From the IMG/VR virus record IMGVR_UViG_3300024259_001623: a stretch of DNA of 64,000 nt; one strand, 5' to 3'. Origin of the DNA: a virus (Duplodnaviria; Caudoviricetes). Positions 38,421 to 47,177 of this stretch are shown piece by piece (the first letter of the stretch is position 1; each line of letters starts with the position of its first letter). Under the pieces are notes generated by a model that saw only the letters and a list, made by a program, of their open reading frames with translations, did not search any database and was not told the origin of the DNA. A program made the translations under genes and the position numbers.

Positions 38421-38449
38421 ATTATAGCAGCACAATTATTATATTGCAA
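38421..38449 (-). promoter_or_regulatory. Near-consensus sigma70/sigmaA promoter upstream of the kdsC-like gene
   Basis: Minus strand TTGCAA (38449-38444), 17 nt spacer, then TATAAT (38426-38421) with an extended -10 TG. Confidence 0.65.
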
Positions 38450-38481
38450 TATTATCCGATATTTAAAATAGGAGAACAATA

Positions 38482-39351
38482 ATGAGCAATAACTTCACAT
38501 TAATAGCAGAGATAGGATGCACTCATATTGGAAATATCGACAGAGCAAAAAAATTAGCTCTATTAGCCAAAGAAAACGGAGCAGATGTAGTAAAGTTACA
38601 AAAAAGAAATCCATATGAATCAGTCCCAAAATCTTTGTGGGATAAACCTCATCCCAACCAAATATTTTCATATGGAGATACATATTTACAACACAGAATA
38701 AACGTAGAATTAAATAAAGATGCACATATAGAGTTCAAAGAATACTGTAAAAGTATTAATATCAAATATGCAACTAGCGTATGGGATATGACATCTGCTA
38801 AAGAAATGGTTGAAATAGACCCAGCATTTATCAAAATACCTAGCGCATGTAATAATAACTATGATATGCTAAAATATCTATTTGATAACTATAATGGAAA
38901 AATACACATATCATTAGGAATGACAACCGAGGAAGAAAGAGAAGATATATTAAGACATGTATACTTTGATTTCAATAAAGTAGTCCTTTATCATTGCACA
39001 AGTGGATATCCAGTTCCTTTTGAACAATTATATATAAAAGAAATAGAAAAACTAAACACTCTACAAAGAGAAAATGTATTTTTCGGGATTGACAAACCAG
39101 GAGTAGGTTTCTCTAATCACGGTTTTGGCATAGCTATAGAAATTGCAGCCTATATGTTAGGAGCAAGATATTTTGAAAGACACTTCATTGATGATAGAAC
39201 CTTCAAACACACTGACGCAAGCTGTTCACTTGAGCCTCAAGGTCTACATAAATTATCTCGTAATTTACAAGCTTTAGAGAAAACTTTACAATTTAAACCA
39301 GAAACTATAGACAATATCGAAATGGAACAGAGAAAAAAACTAAGAACGTAG
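38482..39351 (+). CDS. neuB: NeuB-family PEP-dependent nonulosonate(-9-phosphate) synthase lacking the SAF domain; the only plus-strand gene
   Basis: LIAEIGCTH.G, GADVVKLQKR, SVWDM.S, IKIPSA, ISLGM, YHCTSGYP, GFSNHG, GA.YFERHF, D...SLEP; SD AGGAG. Confidence 0.9.
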   Translation: MSNNFTLIAEIGCTHIGNIDRAKKLALLAKENGADVVKLQKRNPYESVPKSLWDKPHPNQIFSYGDTYLQHRINVELNKDAHIEFKEYCKSINIKYATSVWDMTSAKEMVEIDPAFIKIPSACNNNYDMLKYLFDNYNGKIHISLGMTTEEEREDILRHVYFDFNKVVLYHCTSGYPVPFEQLYIKEIEKLNTLQRENVFFGIDKPGVGFSNHGFGIAIEIAAYMLGARYFERHFIDDRTFKHTDASCSLEPQGLHKLSRNLQALEKTLQFKPETIDNIEMEQRKKLRT

Positions 39352-39352
39352 A

Positions 39353-39613
39353 TTACCACATATCATATTCTGTAACATCAATAGTTTCTTTAGTATAATT
39401 ATGAGTAACTTTCAAAACCTGCCCTAAAGATGTACTAGTAAAAGAATAAGTTAAAGATCCTCCAATAGCTCCATAATAAGGAAGCCCACTTTCGGCAGAT
39501 TCTTTTTCTATAACAGAATGAGAATTTTTTTGTTTCTCTATAACAATCTCATCCTGTTTTTTCTCCCATTCTGTTATCTTTTTTAATTGTTCATCTGATA
39601 TTGAAAATTTCAT
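39353..39613 (-). CDS. Hypothetical phage-type protein
   Basis: 86 aa ORF; YYGAIGGSLTYSFT.T.LG...TEYD.W; SD GGGAG. Confidence 0.55.
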   Translation of the reverse strand: MKFSISDEQLKKITEWEKKQDEIVIEKQKNSHSVIEKESAESGLPYYGAIGGSLTYSFTSTSLGQVLKVTHNYTKETIDVTEYDMW

Positions 39614-39726
39614 AACTTAAACTTATCTCCCTTCTCTACAAAACCAATAAACCCATCATCTTTGGGTTTGACATCTGTTCCCTGATAAAGTTAATTTCAC
39701 TATATTACTCCTTCTTTTACTGTTAT

Positions 39727-39735
39727 ATTATACCA
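39727..39735 (-). promoter_or_regulatory. Extended -10 promoter element
   Basis: Minus strand TGgTATAAT in an intergenic gap, followed by SD AAGGAG. The -35 match is poor. Confidence 0.4.
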
Positions 39736-39758
39736 GTCACATACTAGATTTGAAATAT

Positions 39759-40220
39759 CTATTTATATTCATCTGGAGGTCCAGACTTATCTTTATTATT
39801 TGGATCATAATCTTCTGGAGGATCATAATCATCTCTTGGGGGAAGAAAATCATCACCAGCTTCTTCTGATTCTTCCTCATCTTCTTCATAATCTTCATCA
39901 TTATTGAAATCATCATAATCATAAAAATCTTCATCTTCATCTACTTTAGATAAGAAAATATAATTTCTACCCATCCACAAAACTACTCCTATTTCTAAAT
40001 CTTTCTTATCCTCATCGTACTTTTGTTCTATTCGATCTATTTTTGTTTTTGTTTTACTACTATCAAGCCACTCAGTATAAACATATTCCTCATCAAAATC
40101 AAAATGTTTTAACTCTGGATTACCTGGTGAGGGATTATAAAATCTTAATACAAAATGTTTCCCGCTCAGAATTTCATAATCATCAACGCTATCTTTTTTC
40201 ATTTTATACCATATTTCCAA
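39759..40220 (-). CDS. Hypothetical protein with an acidic low-complexity tail
   Basis: 153 aa ORF ending in a D/E/P-rich segment. Confidence 0.55.
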   Translation of the reverse strand: MEIWYKMKKDSVDDYEILSGKHFVLRFYNPSPGNPELKHFDFDEEYVYTEWLDSSKTKTKIDRIEQKYDEDKKDLEIGVVLWMGRNYIFLSKVDEDEDFYDYDDFNNDEDYEEDEEESEEAGDDFLPPRDDYDPPEDYDPNNKDKSGPPDEYK

Positions 40221-40926
40221 TTATTCTGCACACATTTCCAATAAGCAAAAAATCATTTAAATCATCAATCTGCAAAGATTGATATTTGTCTGTTTTATAA
40301 GTAGTAATTTTTCCACCTAATCTATTATTATCAGAAAATAAAATATTCTTATCTGTTATATATATATTACCATTATCAAACAATGCAAAATCTTTTGATT
40401 TCATCTCTTGCCTCATCGGTCTATCATAATAATATAGATTTGGGCAATGTGCAGAATCTTGGTTATCATCTTGATACCAGAAAAATGGAGAAGTTTTACT
40501 GACAGTTAACAGACTATCAGCTTTATCATCCATCATTTTCTCTAAACATCTATCTAATAAATTATTATATCTTATTGGAGAAGAAGCTTGTAGACATACG
40601 ACTATATCAACATCTAACCCAAGATGATTAACAGATTGTATCAAAACATCTTCGTTTTTGACAAGATCTCCATTCAATTCTTCTGGTCTATCAATAAAAT
40701 ATAAAGACTCATCATTGTTAGTAGCCTTATATTGCAGAAAATATTTTTTTACGCTGGGACAACAAGAGTTTACAACATTATAATCTACATATTTACTTTT
40801 GGATGCAGCTTCTACTGACCACAGGAAAACAGGCTTGCCTGCCAATGACTTGTAATTCTTCCCTGGCAGACCTTTACTATCTTTACGAGCCAGAGTTATC
40901 GCCATTATTTTTTTATTATTTATCAT
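40204..40926 (-). CDS. neuA: NeuA-like acylneuraminate/ulosonate cytidylyltransferase
   Basis: AITLARKDSKGLPGKN...LAGKP, RPEEL, LQASSPIR, DNGNIYI, QIDDL.DF. Confidence 0.88.
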   Translation of the reverse strand: MINNKKIMAITLARKDSKGLPGKNYKSLAGKPVFLWSVEAASKSKYVDYNVVNSCCPSVKKYFLQYKATNNDESLYFIDRPEELNGDLVKNEDVLIQSVNHLGLDVDIVVCLQASSPIRYNNLLDRCLEKMMDDKADSLLTVSKTSPFFWYQDDNQDSAHCPNLYYYDRPMRQEMKSKDFALFDNGNIYITDKNILFSDNNRLGGKITTYKTDKYQSLQIDDLNDFLLIGNVCRIIGNMV

Positions 40927-40928
40927 AT

Positions 40929-41873
40929 TTAAAAATCTAAAAATCTATATGTCTTATCGGTTTTAATATCATTTTCATCTTCTTTTTTATCGACGCTGAC
41001 GCATTTCTCAATACATTCTGAAATTGCATTTACGACTTCTATATCTACAACAGATGAGACTATGTTAAGATCATTATCGAGAAGCGTTTTCAAATTATTA
41101 CTCTCTGCTGTTTTTCCTATTTTTTCTAATAATAGACATACAGCAAGAATTAAAGCAGGTAAACATTTCCTTGTTCCGCCTTTTTTATATATATCATGTT
41201 GTTTTTCCAAATATTTTTTAAATTTATCAATATGCTCTTTATCAAAATGCTTTTTACCAAGATAATATTCATTAATACACTTAGTATAATACTCATTCAT
41301 GCTATCAATAACTACTGTCTTATTTGGAGTTTTTTTATTATATTCTTTTTCAATATCAGAAATCATAGCTGATCCTTCCTCAGGAGTCATAAAACCAACA
41401 TTAACGGCCTCAAAGATTTGTTTTTGTTGTTTTTTCTTTTCCATTTCCGTGTTATATTCACTTGCAGCTTTAAGATTAGTAAATATTTTTTGATCCTCTT
41501 CTGCTAATATTTCTTTAGCTATTGTGTCTGACAATTTTTTTGCTTTATCTAACAATTGACCATTAGGATGATGAAGCTCTTTATTACCTTGATGTTTATA
41601 AGGTTTAGATAACAATTTCTTTTTTTTATTTAATTTATCGTATTCATTTTTGTGATATGCTTCAACAGCACCAGGGGGGAATGGCTGAACATCCACCAAT
41701 TCATTTAGAATCTTTTTATGATTATAATTATTCCCAAAAGGATTCATTTTATCAAATGCATCTTTGTTTTTATCAAAGAATTTCATCCATTTTTCTTTTT
41801 CTTTATTTGATACTGTTTCTGCCATTTCAATCTCCATACAAATCAAAAACATCTTCATATTTTTGTTTTTCAA
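40929..41873 (-). CDS. Hypothetical protein
   Basis: Long K/E-rich ORF ending YRFLDF. The true start may be downstream of the listed one. Confidence 0.55.
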   Translation of the reverse strand: MKNKNMKMFLICMEIEMAETVSNKEKEKWMKFFDKNKDAFDKMNPFGNNYNHKKILNELVDVQPFPPGAVEAYHKNEYDKLNKKKKLLSKPYKHQGNKELHHPNGQLLDKAKKLSDTIAKEILAEEDQKIFTNLKAASEYNTEMEKKKQQKQIFEAVNVGFMTPEEGSAMISDIEKEYNKKTPNKTVVIDSMNEYYTKCINEYYLGKKHFDKEHIDKFKKYLEKQHDIYKKGGTRKCLPALILAVCLLLEKIGKTAESNNLKTLLDNDLNIVSSVVDIEVVNAISECIEKCVSVDKKEDENDIKTDKTYRFLDF

Positions 41874-42564
41874 AGCATTCTAGTACTCCACCAGATACAT
41901 CTATTATATGTATATTTTGTTTTTTAGCTTGTTTAGAAACAGCCTCCCAATAATCTATAAAATCTAATCCATGTTTGTCTACAGCCTTACCATTTATTTT
42001 CTTTTTAACCGTAGTAAATATCCTTCGCCCGTCTGTTCTAAATGGCTTTCTCTCTCCAGGGAACTGCCAATAATATCTTTTATTATTAGTTAAACAACTA
42101 TCACATCCTAATAACACTATTGGATCGCATCCCATTATATAAGCCATATGCACAGCAGACCCCGTAGAGCTTCTTGCACCTATTATAGGGTCCGACGCCC
42201 TTTTTGTAAATATAAGCCCATCTGGGTTATACTCACGCTTCCTGTGGTCATACCAGAATTTGTGATCATACCAGATAACTCTGTCTTTATCTAGATGGTC
42301 AACAAAACTTTCCATCTTTTTTTTGTATAGCAAACATTTACATTTTAATTTAGGAAGGTCAATAGAATAATAACTCCAATTGCTAACATCCCAATCATCT
42401 GACAAAAAATAATCACAAAATGGGACTTTTACAAGGCCAGAATTAACAGCTATGGTAACATGATCTCTTAACAGTTCTGTATTTTGAAAATGCAGAGATG
42501 GGCCTGCTCCTACCAAGAAAGCCATCTTACCTTTATGTAAATCTTGTAAATCATTTAGTTCCAT
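41827..42564 (-). CDS. Maf/DUF115 (MptE-like) family protein
   Basis: HKGK.AFLVGAGPSL...IAVNSG...SSTGSAVHMAYIMGCDPIVLLGCD. Confidence 0.7.
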   Translation of the reverse strand: MELNDLQDLHKGKMAFLVGAGPSLHFQNTELLRDHVTIAVNSGLVKVPFCDYFLSDDWDVSNWSYYSIDLPKLKCKCLLYKKKMESFVDHLDKDRVIWYDHKFWYDHRKREYNPDGLIFTKRASDPIIGARSSTGSAVHMAYIMGCDPIVLLGCDSCLTNNKRYYWQFPGERKPFRTDGRRIFTTVKKKINGKAVDKHGLDFIDYWEAVSKQAKKQNIHIIDVSGGVLECFEKQKYEDVFDLYGD

Positions 42565-43135
42565 TTGAAATCCTTACTCTCTTAGTATCTGTATGGTCTA
42601 TATCGCAAATATAATAATACAACAACTTATCAATCTTATTTTCAGTTTCAATGAACTTTCTTACTTTATCACCATATATAAGGTCTTCCCCTCTATCTCT
42701 TTTTGTAAAACCAGCCTTCAAAGCTATTTCTCTTTTAACAGGAGTAATATGGTTAGTACCTATATAGTAAGTATCTCCAGATTTTTTCCAATTATAGTCT
42801 TTACCCCAAATTATTTTATAATTTGTTTTCTTTTTCCTTATCATCCATAATCCACGAATAGAACAGCAATCAGGATTATCTTTTAAAGCTTCTAATATTA
42901 ATTCTACATAATCATCTTCTACCATGTCGTCATCATCTATATAAGCAACATAATCTCCAGTAGCTTTCTCTAATAGTCTTTGTCTCTTTTCTCCTACTGT
43001 TACAGCCCCATTATCAACATCTATTATTATTTCTACATCATCTGTCTTTTGTCTATCCAGCGTATCTAACAGATTCTGTAAACTATGCTTTCTCTTTTCT
43101 AGAGAACATATTAATATAGATAATTTAATGCTCAT
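42551..43135 (-). CDS. GT2 glycosyltransferase
   Basis: KLSILICSL..R, VGEKRQ.LL..A.GDYVAYIDDDD, NHITPVKR, GEDL.Y. Confidence 0.8.
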   Translation of the reverse strand: MSIKLSILICSLEKRKHSLQNLLDTLDRQKTDDVEIIIDVDNGAVTVGEKRQRLLEKATGDYVAYIDDDDMVEDDYVELILEALKDNPDCCSIRGLWMIRKKKTNYKIIWGKDYNWKKSGDTYYIGTNHITPVKREIALKAGFTKRDRGEDLIYGDKVRKFIETENKIDKLLYYYICDIDHTDTKRVRISNGTK

Positions 43136-43866
43136 AAATATTTTCCTATATCTTCAAAATCTATTTTCTCAAATGCAGTTACTTTACTTCTCTTACCAAC
43201 ATTGTATATTTTACAACCTTTACTTTCTGCGAAAATATTTAGTGCAGAAAAGGCTCCCTGGTTTATACCAAATACATATCTTTGTTCTACGAAACCTGGC
43301 CTTGGTTTATTAATTCTTCTAGGCCATTCTCTTCTTGGTCTGTATTCCCAAAAATATCTTCTCTCGCCCAGGAAATAATGATCGACGCCAACCAAAAAGA
43401 TTTTTTTACATCCCATCTGTATAGCCAAATCAACACAAGAAGGCGTAGAACTACAATACGATAAACCCTCCTCATTCTCATCTATAACATCCGGCTCAGT
43501 TTTCCTAGGCCAAAAAACATAAAAATCATCTGGGATTTGATCTCTATACTTTAACCAACTTGTACGTATAATTTTATTACTAGAACTATTCTTTACAGTT
43601 TCCCAATAAGTCCATTCCCTGACCATAGAATCATTAGTTACCCAATATCTATTATCTTTATCACCTTTGCTCCAGTTAAACAGCAATATACCAGAATTAG
43701 TTGTAATAGAAACATAATCTTTAACAAAACTCAAATTCTTTTTGTATAAAGATGTTCCTGCACCAAAAACAAAAGCAGTTTCCCCATCATGTTTTCCTAT
43801 TAATTCCGTATACTTTGTTAATCCAGTTCCATCTACTAGATCAGGACTTTCAATTACATTTTCCAT
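43132..43866 (-). CDS. Maf/DUF115 (MptE-like) family protein (paralog of 41827-42564)
   Basis: HDGETAFVFGAGTSL...ITTNSG...SSTPSCVDLAIQMGCKKIFLVGVDH. Confidence 0.7.
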   Translation of the reverse strand: MENVIESPDLVDGTGLTKYTELIGKHDGETAFVFGAGTSLYKKNLSFVKDYVSITTNSGILLFNWSKGDKDNRYWVTNDSMVREWTYWETVKNSSSNKIIRTSWLKYRDQIPDDFYVFWPRKTEPDVIDENEEGLSYCSSTPSCVDLAIQMGCKKIFLVGVDHYFLGERRYFWEYRPRREWPRRINKPRPGFVEQRYVFGINQGAFSALNIFAESKGCKIYNVGKRSKVTAFEKIDFEDIGKYL

Positions 43867-43873
43867 TATAACC

Positions 43874-45790
43874 TCACTTTTCTACTTTAAAACCAGATTC
43901 AGTTAAAAATTGACTAGGAACGGCCTTAACATAATTCAAACCGCCCTTGCTTCTAATTTTTCTATATTTACAATAAGACATATTCAAATGCTTCTTTGCT
44001 CTCGTCATTCCTACATAACAGATTCTTCTTTCTTCTTCTATAGCCTCTGCTTTATCTTTATCGTCTATAGCTTCCAATAAAGGTCTGTAATGAGGTAAGA
44101 TATTATGTTCTACTCCGACCATAAAGACTATAGGGAACTCTAACCCCTTACAAGCATGTAAAGTCATCAAAGAAATAGAATCAATATCATTTTCTTTATC
44201 ACTAGCAGACATAAGAGATATATTCTGTAAATATGCTTCCAGATTCTTTTTTCTATCACCAAATTCCGTGGCATTATTTATCAACTCTAATACATTTCCT
44301 ATTCTTTCATCAGACTCGCCTTCTTTTTTCGCAGTCCTCTTGAGATATTCACAATATTCTGTTTTGCCTATAAGATAAGATAAGCATTTACCTGGACAAA
44401 TGGTAGAAAAATCTTTATCGAAGATCTCTGCTATCTTCTCTGCCGCTTTTATCACTGGTGTTCTATTTGATATCTCTCTGATATTTTTACAAACATCTAT
44501 GACGCTAATATTTTTTTCTTTAGCTGTTTTTTCGATATCTGAAAGACTTTTATTGCCTAATCCCTTGAACACAGAGGACATTCTATAAAATGCAACCATA
44601 TCTTTGTTATTTGAAGCGAATTTCATCATTGCCAAAGAATCTTTTATTTCTTTTCTACTAAAGAAATTTTGACCGCCAATAACTGTATATGGAATGCCTC
44701 TATTAGTGAATACTGTTTGAAGTTCCAAAGAAAGCTTATTAAGTCTATAAAGAATAGCTATATCAGAAAAATCCCATCCATACTCATCAACATATTTCCA
44801 AATTTTATCTGCTATTTCTTCAGCTTCTTTCCTGGAATCGAAACAAGAACTAACTCCGACAGGATCGCCACTAGGATTATTAGTAAAGAACTTATCAGCC
44901 ATATGAGAAGAATTATGTTTAATAAGCTTCTCTGCCCTGTTAACGATTTCTGGAGTCGATCTGTAATTTTGACCTAATGTAATCTTCTTACAGTCTTTAT
45001 GTTTTTTCAGGAAATCTAAAATATTCTCATATCTGGCATTTCGGAAACGATATACACTCTGAGATATATCACCAGTCAGCAATATATTAGAAGTATCTCC
45101 CCCGATCAAGTTAATAATTTCAAACTGAGCCAAATTAGTATCTTGTACTTCGTCTACTTGTATATATTTGAATAGATTTCTAACATGAGTCAGTGCATCA
45201 ATATTTTCCCTAAATATTTTAACAGTAAAATATAATAGACCTGAAAAATCTACCAAATTATTTTCTTTTAACTGGTCGAAATATTCTTTGACAATATCTT
45301 GATATAAAACATCATCAAAATCAGCTATTACATCTTCTACATCTAAAAGATCTTCTCTTAATTTATTAATTCTGCTGGTTATAAGGTTAATATCTACATT
45401 ATCTTTTTTCTTGTCTTTACCTAACTGTTTGATAATCTTGTCTATCAGGTCTTTTTGATCACCATCATCCATAATAGACATTTTAGTACTATAACCATAA
45501 TCATCGCCATAGACTCTTAGAATATTCGCACATAAAGAATGGAATGTTCCTACGTAGAAATCCACTTTATCTACTCCCAACCTAGAGCATATTCTTTCTT
45601 TCATCTCTTTTGCAGCTTTATTAGTAAAAGTTATGCATAGGAGGTTTTTTTGATCAACCCCTCTTGAGATAAGATTTGCTGTCCTTTCTACCAGTACAGA
45701 CGTTTTCCCGCTGCCTGGAACTGAAATTACCAAACAAGGACCATCGAAATGATTCACCGCTTCCACTTGTGCGTCATTAAACTTCATCAT
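43874..45790 (-). CDS. uvrD: UvrD/PcrA/Rep superfamily 1 helicase
   Basis: VPGSGKT, ITFTNKAAKEMKER, GTFHS, VDEVQDTN, GDISQSVYRFR, QNYRST, LMTLHACKGLEFP, EERRICYVGMTRAK. Confidence 0.96.
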   Translation of the reverse strand: MMKFNDAQVEAVNHFDGPCLVISVPGSGKTSVLVERTANLISRGVDQKNLLCITFTNKAAKEMKERICSRLGVDKVDFYVGTFHSLCANILRVYGDDYGYSTKMSIMDDGDQKDLIDKIIKQLGKDKKKDNVDINLITSRINKLREDLLDVEDVIADFDDVLYQDIVKEYFDQLKENNLVDFSGLLYFTVKIFRENIDALTHVRNLFKYIQVDEVQDTNLAQFEIINLIGGDTSNILLTGDISQSVYRFRNARYENILDFLKKHKDCKKITLGQNYRSTPEIVNRAEKLIKHNSSHMADKFFTNNPSGDPVGVSSCFDSRKEAEEIADKIWKYVDEYGWDFSDIAILYRLNKLSLELQTVFTNRGIPYTVIGGQNFFSRKEIKDSLAMMKFASNNKDMVAFYRMSSVFKGLGNKSLSDIEKTAKEKNISVIDVCKNIREISNRTPVIKAAEKIAEIFDKDFSTICPGKCLSYLIGKTEYCEYLKRTAKKEGESDERIGNVLELINNATEFGDRKKNLEAYLQNISLMSASDKENDIDSISLMTLHACKGLEFPIVFMVGVEHNILPHYRPLLEAIDDKDKAEAIEEERRICYVGMTRAKKHLNMSYCKYRKIRSKGGLNYVKAVPSQFLTESGFKVEK

Positions 45791-45814
45791 CTTCTGCTAC
45801 CTTTATAGAAAAAT

Positions 45815-46075
45815 TTAAGATACGACGTTCTTCAACTCTTGAGGATCAAACATGCCTATTTTTTCAAATAAAACTTTTCCTTTTTTGCTAATGACTTTTA
45901 CATGAGGAAGGTCATCTACATTATGCTCATCGCATATTTCTTCTTCTTCGTCATCTAAAGCATCTATAAGAAAAAACTTATCGTTTTCTTCTATTTCCAC
46001 ACCGGCTTCTTTTATATCAAATAGCAAAGTCATACATTTTTCACAATGCGGACTGCCAAAGAAATATATGTCCAT
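45815..46075 (-). CDS. Thioredoxin/glutaredoxin-like protein
   Basis: FFGSPHCEKC (CxxC) and a cis-Pro motif (VDDLPHV). Confidence 0.65.
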   Translation of the reverse strand: MDIYFFGSPHCEKCMTLLFDIKEAGVEIEENDKFFLIDALDDEEEEICDEHNVDDLPHVKVISKKGKVLFEKIGMFDPQELKNVVS

Positions 46076-46434
46076 TATTGCTCCTTTTCGCTCTCTGCCT
46101 TATTCATTTCTTGTATAGTCTCATCAAATGGATATTTATCCATCTCATTGCTCAATCTATGAATCTGGTCTGTAGTCATGTCTTCTATATTAGGCATTTC
46201 TTTGATAGCTCCTTCTATAATAAGATTAATTGTTTTGCCTTTTATTTCTTCGCAAAACTTTATCATATGCTCCGGAGTTATTTCTTGGGTTATACCTAAA
46301 GCTGTACCTAGATCACTGCCTCTCCACGCCAAAACTATTTCTTTGTCAGCTTCATCTTTAACGACCCATTCTACCAAATTATATTCTTCAGTATAATTTG
46401 TATCTATAATCGTTACTCTTCTTGGTTCTGCCAT
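46075..46434 (-). CDS. Hypothetical protein
   Basis: 119 aa ORF translationally coupled to its neighbours. Confidence 0.55.
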   Translation of the reverse strand: MAEPRRVTIIDTNYTEEYNLVEWVVKDEADKEIVLAWRGSDLGTALGITQEITPEHMIKFCEEIKGKTINLIIEGAIKEMPNIEDMTTDQIHRLSNEMDKYPFDETIQEMNKAESEKEQ

Positions 46435-47177
46435 TACTGTCCTCCGAATGCCTTTTTCAATATATTAACAACAGTGTTAGCAACGATTTCCTTTTCATAA
46501 GGCTCTCCATGCAATCTAACATCAGTTAAATCCATCAATAGTTTATCATTTGCTATATATAATAATAAATGATCGTGGAATGTTCTATAAGAGCCTTCTA
46601 AATCATCATTGATATTTTCTTTAGGAACTCCCATTTCCTCTTCTATTTTATTTAATCTTGCCCACCATTTATCAGTCTTTTTAGTGGTCACTTCTTCATG
46701 GTTTGTTGTTTCTACTAGATCGCACTGTTCTCTAATCAGAACAAATGACAAATCATCTTTAAAATCCTCTCTAACTCTGGCTAGACTTTTGTTGAATTCT
46801 TCATCAGGTACAACTCCGTATACTCTACAATTATACGGCCTAGTCGAGTGAATTGAACATAATTTTTTTTCTTTATCAAAAAAGATACAACCTTTATTTA
46901 AGACCTTGCCAGAAAGGTAACTTCTTACTGCACGTTCTATAACTTTTATAACTTCATCCATTTCCCAATTGTTTAAGATATACTTCCAAGTGTTCAAAAA
47001 TTCTGAATACAATACTTGAGGATTTTGAAAATTACAGCACCAGCCATTACATCCACCATCTTTGTTTATATTCTCCATACACCCTTTAGTCGCAGGTATA
47101 TCTTTATAAACCTTATTAAGCTTCTTGAATATGCTATCAATATTTGTATCTGTAGAAAGATTTATTTTTTCGTACAT
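46434..47177 (-). CDS. YkgJ-family cysteine-cluster (Zn/Fe-chelating) protein
   Basis: C...GC.GWCC...CIFFD.EKKLCSIH..RPYNCRVYG. Confidence 0.75.
   Translation of the reverse strand: MYEKINLSTDTNIDSIFKKLNKVYKDIPATKGCMENINKDGGCNGWCCNFQNPQVLYSEFLNTWKYILNNWEMDEVIKVIERAVRSYLSGKVLNKGCIFFDKEKKLCSIHSTRPYNCRVYGVVPDEEFNKSLARVREDFKDDLSFVLIREQCDLVETTNHEEVTTKKTDKWWARLNKIEEEMGVPKENINDDLEGSYRTFHDHLLLYIANDKLLMDLTDVRLHGEPYEKEIVANTVVNILKKAFGGQ

Noticed and set aside
38392-39360. Invertible (phase-variable) DNA segment around neuB
   Set aside because: No flanking inverted repeats or recombinase gene were seen.
10896-43866. Ordinary bacterial O-antigen or capsule locus, or a eukaryotic giant-virus origin
   Set aside because: No Wzx, Wzy or ABC export genes, and the island is embedded among phage-type genes. 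Strong Shine-Dalgarno sites, overlapping operonic genes, a sigma factor and Pol III argue against a eukaryotic virus.
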